Positions 57,513 to 64,000 of a stretch of 64,000 nt of DNA are shown in pieces; the stretch's first letter is position 1; the number at the start of each line of letters is the position of its first letter. The stretch is from Anthoceros angustus (Eukaryota; Plantae; Anthocerotophyta). The stretch spans positions 1,054,001 through 1,118,000 of the forward strand of contig MU008167.1 of assembly GCA_010909165.1 (NCBI GenBank), given 5' to 3'. The notes below the pieces were generated by a model. It searched no databases. It had not been told where the DNA came from and was given only the letters and a program-made list of their open reading frames with translations. The translations under genes were made by a program, and so were the position numbers.

Positions 57513-60416
57513 ATGGCCGCCGAGGGGGACCGCGTGAGGGCCCGGGCGCGCGTCCAGGTGATGGCGCTCATGCACGAATGCAGACACAGTGCTGACTGGA
57601 AGTCCAAGCAGGAAAGCCTGCAGCGCGCTATGGACCTGGTGCTTCAGGAGGTGCCGGGGCAGCTCCCGGAACTGCTGCTACTTGTGCTGGAGGAGCTGCA
57701 AGGAGGCGGGTGGGAGCAGCGGAGGTATCTGGCAAAAGTGACGGAGCTGCTAGGGTTCAGGTTCTTGAATGAGGTGCCGGTCATGGTGCCGATCATGCTG
57801 CCGACACTGTTGCTGCTGCTGCGGGATCACGTTCCCGAGGTGGCGATGGAGGCCATTGTTGCAGCTCAGAAGCTCTCGAAACGCGGCTTCTGGGAGCTGG
57901 TTGTGCAGGAGAAGGAGGCCGGGAAGGTGGATGACTCGGTGGTGGAGGTCTGGCGGGGGATGGCTGTCGTGAAGGAGCTTGTGGCTCCCATGCTCGGCCC
58001 GGGTCATGATACCCGGGTGCGTACGCGTGCGGTTAAGTATTTCGAGCACCAGGCTTTGCTCTTCTCTCCGGATCCGGAGAGGTCCGGGAAGGAGGAGGAG
58101 TGTAGTGTGGCGTGGATCGAGGGCCGGGTGCACCCCGTGCTGGCTGTGAGCGAGTTAGGGCAAGAAGCTGTGCGGAGTGTGGATCTGCTGCTGGCCCTGC
58201 TGCGGGAGCCCGGGGCTTCCAAGTTGTCGTGTACTTTGGTGCTGGTGTTGTTTAACAGCTTGGAAAACATTGCCAGGAGGCGGCCGAGTTTGGTGAAAAC
58301 GATCGTGCCGGTGTTGATTGATTTGGCGCCCCGGTGTGATGGTTTGAAGGAGCACTTGGTTTCGGACGGTCTGATGCCGAACGTGGTGCGATGTCTTTGG
58401 ATCAATTTGAACCGCCTTCTCAGGTGTTGCCAGATGCATGCCGCAGACTTGCACAAGCGGTTGCTGCCGGTCGTGAAAGAGATGCAGTCGGATTTAATGC
58501 CTCGTCTAAGCCGGGGCCAGCGGGCGGAGAACGAGAAGGCTGGTATGGATCGGCGGGCAAGAGATGGGAGGTTGCCGGGATCTTCTTTTGCTAACCCGGT
58601 GCCGGAGCTTGGTCCTGCTGATGTGGATGGGGTGCGGAAGCGGACTTTCACGCAGGAGAATGGGGGCAGGGTTGAAGGAGTGGTTGATCGTGCTAAACGA
58701 TCAAAGCTGAGCCCCGGTGAGCAGGAGTTGGAGTCAGCGACCAAGCTTCAGCAGGTTGTGCGACCGGTTGCACAGGATGGTAGGATTCCTCATCAGGAGT
58801 CGATGGATGTGCTGCAGGAGCAGGTTGAACCGCAGCAGGAGCACATGCGGCCTCTGGAGCAGAGCCAACTCCAGCAGCTGATCGGCATGATCGCCGCAAT
58901 GTTGGCACGAGGAGAGCAAGGGGCGCAGTCATGTAAGATCCTGGTTGAAAGTCTCACCACAGACATGCTGGTCGACGTATGTATTGCGAATTTGGTTCAC
59001 CTGCCGGCAGTTCGTCCCTCGGAAGACCTATGTATTGCGAATTTGGCTCACTTGCCGGCAGCCCGTCCCTCGGAAGAAAATGATCCCGAACCCAGTGCCG
59101 CAGACAACACATCAGGGCCGGCTGGTGTGTTGCCTGCTGTTCCGGTTTTGGAGTCGCAGCATGCAGCACCGGAGGAGGAACTTCATGTTCTGGACGATGT
59201 GCCTGCTCCTACATCCGCAGGCATTACAAGACAAGCACTGCTGCCTCAGGCAGTGCTAGCAGACCACACAGCGAGCTCACCTGTGACAAGGAGCGAAGAA
59301 GTGAACAGCATGAGAGACCCGAGAGCCGCAACGGCCATAGCCACCGAAGCCACGACGGTGAGTGTCTCCAGAGACACAACACCTAGTAACGGGTCTCAGC
59401 CGGCAGCAGATCTGCCCAGAGCTAGGTTTGTCCCAATGAGGCTGGGGAGGGAACCAGCCTCAGGATCAGAAATCAAGGAGAAAGGCAGCGACAGTGAATC
59501 ACACCCCAGCCCTGCAGCACTTCCACCCAACAGCACATGGCAAGCAACAGCAGCAGCAGCTACAGCAACAACGGCAATTCGTTCAGATCCTGGAGGCGTC
59601 GAGGAAGACACTGGTAGCCAACCTGCAGTATCTACATTAGGAAATGGCCCCGAGCATGAAAGGGTGCCGGATAGTGGCAGCTCTCCCTCGGGAGATGTAC
59701 CTACAGATGAGCCACAAGATCTTGGCAAAGCATCACTTGAGCGCATTCGACAAAGCTACATGGCAACTTCAGGTGGTGGGGGCCTGCAGGCTGGTTTGAT
59801 TTTCCTTCTTGAAGGTAATGCTTCCTCGCTGGATTTCAAAGATTATTACGCGCGTCACGACGGACATGCTCTGGCCATGGACGTCCTTGCTCGCATATAC
59901 AGTGCATTCGGTGTCCGTGCGGCCCACGAGGCCTTCTTCGGAAAACTCTGCCATTGCATCTTGCACGCCTTCCCTCCAGACTCCCTGGTCCTCGCCAAGC
60001 TGTTGTTTGAGGCCCCGTTTGTTCCTACATACACACTCTCCCTCCTGGACCACCTTTGCCAATCCAAGGTCCGGGTTGGGCAGGGCCTGCACACTACCGG
60101 CCTGCCCGTCAGGCGGGATCATCCAGACGATCTCCGTCTACGGGACGAGTTTGTGCAGTTCGCGCTTCACTTCGCAGTTCACGAGATGACGGAGCTGAGA
60201 CTGGGCGCAATCGACTTGGTGGTCGAGGAGCTGTACCCTCTGCATCGTTTGTCAGCAAAGATCGAGGCCTTTGCGATGGACATGTTAGACCAATCGAAAG
60301 TGGTTTCGGAGAACCATGTTAGGACAGTCTCGCTGTTCCTGGCTCTTGGCAAGAAAAGGCCTGAGTTGTTGTGCCATCTGTTCGCAATTTACGGCAACGC
60401 TCCGGTACGCAAATAA
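57513..60416 (+). CDS. Symplekin/ESP4-like protein (N-terminal HEAT domain plus divergent middle), intronless, lacking the C-terminal domain
   Basis: N-terminus resembles plant symplekin (VQVMALM..SLQRAMDL..LLRDHVPEVA..AVKYFEHQALLFSPD..SWIEGRVHPVL-type blocks, IARRRP, MLVDVCIANL.HLP); late LGAIDLVVEELYPL and LFLALGKKRPELL. Homology continues in another frame to 60522. Confidence 0.75.
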   Translation: MAAEGDRVRARARVQVMALMHECRHSADWKSKQESLQRAMDLVLQEVPGQLPELLLLVLEELQGGGWEQRRYLAKVTELLGFRFLNEVPVMVPIMLPTLLLLLRDHVPEVAMEAIVAAQKLSKRGFWELVVQEKEAGKVDDSVVEVWRGMAVVKELVAPMLGPGHDTRVRTRAVKYFEHQALLFSPDPERSGKEEECSVAWIEGRVHPVLAVSELGQEAVRSVDLLLALLREPGASKLSCTLVLVLFNSLENIARRRPSLVKTIVPVLIDLAPRCDGLKEHLVSDGLMPNVVRCLWINLNRLLRCCQMHAADLHKRLLPVVKEMQSDLMPRLSRGQRAENEKAGMDRRARDGRLPGSSFANPVPELGPADVDGVRKRTFTQENGGRVEGVVDRAKRSKLSPGEQELESATKLQQVVRPVAQDGRIPHQESMDVLQEQVEPQQEHMRPLEQSQLQQLIGMIAAMLARGEQGAQSCKILVESLTTDMLVDVCIANLVHLPAVRPSEDLCIANLAHLPAARPSEENDPEPSAADNTSGPAGVLPAVPVLESQHAAPEEELHVLDDVPAPTSAGITRQALLPQAVLADHTASSPVTRSEEVNSMRDPRAATAIATEATTVSVSRDTTPSNGSQPAADLPRARFVPMRLGREPASGSEIKEKGSDSESHPSPAALPPNSTWQATAAAATATTAIRSDPGGVEEDTGSQPAVSTLGNGPEHERVPDSGSSPSGDVPTDEPQDLGKASLERIRQSYMATSGGGGLQAGLIFLLEGNASSLDFKDYYARHDGHALAMDVLARIYSAFGVRAAHEAFFGKLCHCILHAFPPDSLVLAKLLFEAPFVPTYTLSLLDHLCQSKVRVGQGLHTTGLPVRRDHPDDLRLRDEFVQFALHFAVHEMTELRLGAIDLVVEELYPLHRLSAKIEAFAMDMLDQSKVVSENHVRTVSLFLALGKKRPELLCHLFAIYGNAPVRK

Positions 60417-60559
60417 AACGAAAATTACTGAGGTTGTGAGCGTCATCGGTAGAGGACCGACTGTGTCTGTCCTGAGGAGAATTATAAACTATTATCGACA
60501 TGCACCGGGTGCCAACAATTGATAAGGCTATGGACAATCCAAAGGCTAAAAGGGAGATA

Positions 60560-60760
60560 ATGAGGGGCAGGGAAGGACAAAGGAAAAAAAATAGGAACTG
60601 ATGCGGGGCAGGGAAGGGAAAAAGAAGGTGATGAGGGGCAGGGAAGGGAAAAGTTAAAAGGGAGAGAAGGAAAAAGGGGGAAAAGGGGAGCTGATGAGGG
60701 GCAGGGAAGGGAAAAGTTCAAAGGGAGCTGGTAAGAGGCAGGGAAGGAAAAAGAGAGCTT
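60560..60760 (+). repeat. Polypurine tandem repeats, about 5 copies of TGAGGGGCAGGGAAGGGAAAAG
   Basis: Read directly; lies between the convergent symplekin-like and TMEM41-like genes. Confidence 0.85.
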
Positions 60761-60851
60761 CGGAATGGACAGCCTACTTCTGACACATGTTTCGAAAGTA
60801 CCGTTCTATTTGGGTGGATTGGGAGCTGGCTGACTTGTGCAACATTTTTGG

Positions 60852-62190
60852 TTAGCTTTCGTGTTCCCCTTTCCCAGCAAGCAGAGGGGGAAGAATGGAC
60901 ATGATGCCGATGAAGAAAAGCGTTGCCAGCGTCTTGAAGTCGTAAAGTTCCGCGAAGGAATGGAGCTCTCCTAAGGAGAGACCAGCCTGTTGGGACATGG
61001 CGGTAGTGATGCAGGGTTAGTGATAGGCACGGCGGGTGAAAGGCAGCAGGAAAGGGAAGGCAGAAAAGAGGGGGCAAGTAAATTACTTACCCTCACGGTG
61101 ACGAAGGCAGCAGGAATGAGGCCGATGAAGGTTGCCAGGAAGAAGGTTGAGTAAGGGATGCCCACGATGGGAGATGCAACGTTGATGAAAGTGTTAGGAA
61201 GAGTCGGTGTTATGCGTAGGAATAGCATGTAGTTGAGGAGGCTGCTCTTCCTCTTGGAGACCTGGAAGGAAGGCAGTTTTGGAGATATGTGAGGCTCATG
61301 CAACAATGAGTCGAAAGGAAGGGGAGAATGAGTGAGCAACAGGACTAGGGGAAAGAGTGATGAACCTCGTCCCGAAAGAACTGAAGCTTGTCAGGCCACA
61401 TCCAGAATGCGATAGGCCTCCCAATGTGCACAGACAGGTAGTAGCAGGCTGAAGCTCCAGCCGTGGCTGTGATGACCACCAGAACAAGACCCGGTACAAC
61501 ACCGAATAGGGCTCCAGCAAGCAACGACATGAAGATGGTGCCGGGGATCATGAAAGTCTGCATGAAGACATACGTGACGAAGTACCCCAGCACCACCTGT
61601 GCAGTGTAGTCCTCAGAATAAGCTGCCAAGTAGTCCCTACAGTGTGGTCACAACAGCTCACTGTCAAAAAACCACAACTCACAGTATAATGCTCATACAT
61701 TACTCCTGCACAGTTCAGGTCTTTCGTTCTCCAACGCATGCACAGTTTAGGTCTCCGTTCTTGAACAAAGAGTTCTGCATACACACCGTCAACTCGATTG
61801 AACAACATCAAAAGTGCCAGCCAGCTTGAAGGCTTTGCTTCTCTTCCACTACTAGTATCTTAACGCTGGAAAAACATTCAAGCACATCCAAACACATCTG
61901 GTTGCGCCTCCGTACCTGAGACTACGAAGCTCATCGATCGTGCTTGGGAATTTTAGCCGGCTGTAGTCGACAGACGGCATGGTGAAGTAAATCGCGGACA
62001 AAAGAAGCGCGTAGGCCAGAAACAGTGAAGAGACTGCCAGCAATTCCTTGTGAGTCAGAGGACTGCTACTCTTCTTCTGCTGCCGGCCACTGACTCTGGC
62101 CTTCAAATCGGCCTCCAAATTTCTCTCTTCCTCCATCTCATCTCTGCCCGATGTGGTTGCAGCTGCCGGAAATCTGCTCCTTTCAGTCAT
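60852..62190 (-). CDS. SNARE-associated Golgi / TVP38-TMEM41 (DedA/VTT) family membrane protein, At4g09580-like, 4 exons
   Basis: YFTMPSVDYSRLKFP, YVFMQTFMIPGTIFMSLLAGALFG, LNYMLFLRITPTLPNTFIN and AGLSLGELHSFAELYDFKTL...GEHES*; GT-AG introns. Confidence 0.93.
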
Positions 62191-62599
62191 CTTGTTTCAG
62201 CCAGTCCCACGTTAACACACCACACTTGTTATGGAGAGGACAACCTCCCTGCTCAACCCCAACCCCGAATCTTGCTCAGCAGGCATGGCGATCGGCCTGC
62301 TGCCGCTCCACGGAATAAGACCTCTTGCTCCTCCTGCCCTCAAGGACAAGGTCACCGTGGGGACAGTGTTGTCCATGCTCTTGCATGCCCGCAGATCTAA
62401 GATGGGAATCATACTCCTCCTCACAATCATATTCCCTTTAACTTCTTCATCTCCTTGTAGTAAATTTCGTTTCAAGTTTCACACGTAGCAGGGACATTGC
62501 TAATTTTGGCCGAATGTAACAGCTCCAAACCTCCAAAGAAGTAAGGGCACTTGTGAAATAAAGATAGACCGGTGAAAAGTTGAAAGAGATAAAAGATTA

Positions 62600-63170
62600 A
62601 TTAAGTAGCTACTATATTAAGAAGAAGAGAGGAATTGTTGCAACCACTCTGCCTAGAGAGGACTCTTAGTGATCAATCTCCAAGAATCTCCTGAGTTAGT
62701 AGCTGCCAAGTTGAGGTGAGTCTGAGATATATATAAGAGCTAGAGCAAGAGTGTTCGGTTCATTGCGTACAGCAAGTTTTGTGTTGAGAGAGCTGTGGAA
62801 AGCCTAGCTAGTGAGCTTGTCCTTGAGTCAAGTGTAGTAGCCAGTTGGGCGTACAAAACTAGATTTAAGTGATTTAAGTGTTTATTCAGTGAATAAAGAG
62901 CAGCATCTCCAGGAGGTTGTCACGCAAGTGCATCTCGAGGAGGTTGTCACGCAAGTGCAGTAGCTAGTATAACCAAACTTGTCACGCAAGTGCAGTAGCT
63001 AGCATAACCAAACTTGTCACAAGTGCAGTAGCTAGTCTAACCAAACTTGTCACGCAAGTGCAGTAGCTAGTATAACTAAACTTGTCACGCAAGTACAGTA
63101 GCTAGTATAACCAAACTTGTCACCCAAGTGCAGTAGCTAGTATAACCAAACTTGTCACCCAAGTGCCTAA
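62600..63170 (+). mobile_element. LTR-like fragment related to 30480-31100; purine tract then TGTTG at 62636
   Basis: AAGAAGAAGAGAGGAAT|TGTTG; TATA-like ATATATAAG; AATAAA; shared blocks with the 30.5 kb copy. Confidence 0.55.
62944..63166. repeat. 35-bp minisatellite, 6 full units plus a partial unit
   Basis: TTGTCACGCAAGTGCAGTAGCTAGTATAACCAAAC units at 62944, 62979, 63014 (33 bp), 63047, 63082, 63117; partial unit at 63152. Confidence 0.93.
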
Positions 63171-63762
63171 CCATGCTAAGTAGCCACTAAGTAGCCACAT
63201 AGGCTCTACGTAGAAGGCAAAAAGTGACCAGGCCACTAAACCTACAGGCTTGGTCAGGGGCAGGCAACAAAGCAAGAGCTTAAGGCCTGCTAATAGCCAC
63301 CTTGTCAAAATTGGTGAAGGCCCAAAATCAAATTTGGCACCCACTAGTCACCATCCCATCGTTGCTGAAAACGCGCCAGGTATGAAGAAGAGCCCTCCTG
63401 ACCAGCATCCTCACACTCATCTCCTAGATAGGGCTCACTCTTCACTTCGAAAGACTCACCAAAACAAATGCTGCTATCACAATGATCTGAGGGCTTAACC
63501 CTGTCAAAAGCAATGGTATCCGGATAGGATTGCACTAGCTGGCGGATGCACACAGCCATGAGAAGTTGAGCCAAAGTGCACAAGTTGCAAAAAGTCTCCA
63601 TCAATTCCTGCGTCCACACCACAGAGGCAAACCGAACCATATGACTACCTTGTAAAACTGGCGAGGCCAGCCCACAACTTGTTTGCTTGCATGGACGTGA
63701 TAGAGCATTGCTAGTCAATCCTTCGAATAGGGCAAAGCGCGGGTGTAGACAAGGAGAGAACT

Positions 63763-64000
63763 GTGGACTCCCCCTTAGGAAGGTAATAGCCGGATTTTTT
63801 TTTTTTGGTTTTTCTTTAGTGTGTGTGTGAAAATAAGGCGGAAAAGGGGAAATAAGGTTGAAGAGGGGGAATTGCGATGGACAAGGGGACGGGATGCGAC
63901 CGGGTCGGACACACGGGATGCTCCAGAGGAGGCCACTCCGGACTAGACTCGGGCAGCCACTCGGACTAGACTCGAGGCAGCCACTCCGGACTAGGCCACT
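63763..64000 (+). mobile_element. 5' end of another TGTGG-family element (copy D), running off the window
   Basis: TGTGGACTCCCCCTTAGGAAG..T-run..GTGAAAATAAGGCG.AAAAGGGGAAATAAGG matches the reverse complement of 56490-56590; ACTCCGGACTAG-type short repeats are also shared. Confidence 0.7.

Noticed and set aside
62944-63166. 35-bp repeat array as a CRISPR array
   Set aside because: Units are directly adjacent with no unique spacers, there are no cas genes, and the context is eukaryotic.

Overview
Eukaryotic nuclear DNA from a compact, GC-balanced non-seed land plant. Introns are ~70-110 bp, there is a bryophyte-type PUFA elongase, and the PLS-PPR genes carry the PGxSWWTD 'WW' box, which points most strongly to a hornwort such as Anthoceros (inference). 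0-16 kb is a dense housekeeping block: VPS35 exon 1, RAD51, intronless PYD1, a CID/RPRD gene, a duplicated ELO-type elongase and a USP-domain gene. 21-30 kb holds two long head-to-head PLS-class PPR paralogues. The best candidate for something undescribed is that both carry an N-terminal PDF motif, the ssDNA-binding module of plant organellar OSB proteins, between a presequence-like leader and the PPR array; one motif is intact and one has lost its basic residues. 31-57 kb is nested repeats: a TGTGG-initiated single-ORF family, APE-type LINE pieces, and a ~14.6 kb block with a Sola2-like DDD transposase beside RING-H2, CxxC and integrase-tail/PHD modules. 57-62 kb has an intronless truncated symplekin-like ORF and a TMEM41/TVP38-family gene. 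Caveat: several 0.5-1.8 kb tandem duplications with microhomology junctions and single-base indels look like long-read assembly artefacts, so copy numbers and frameshifts are uncertain. All motif assignments were made by eye.
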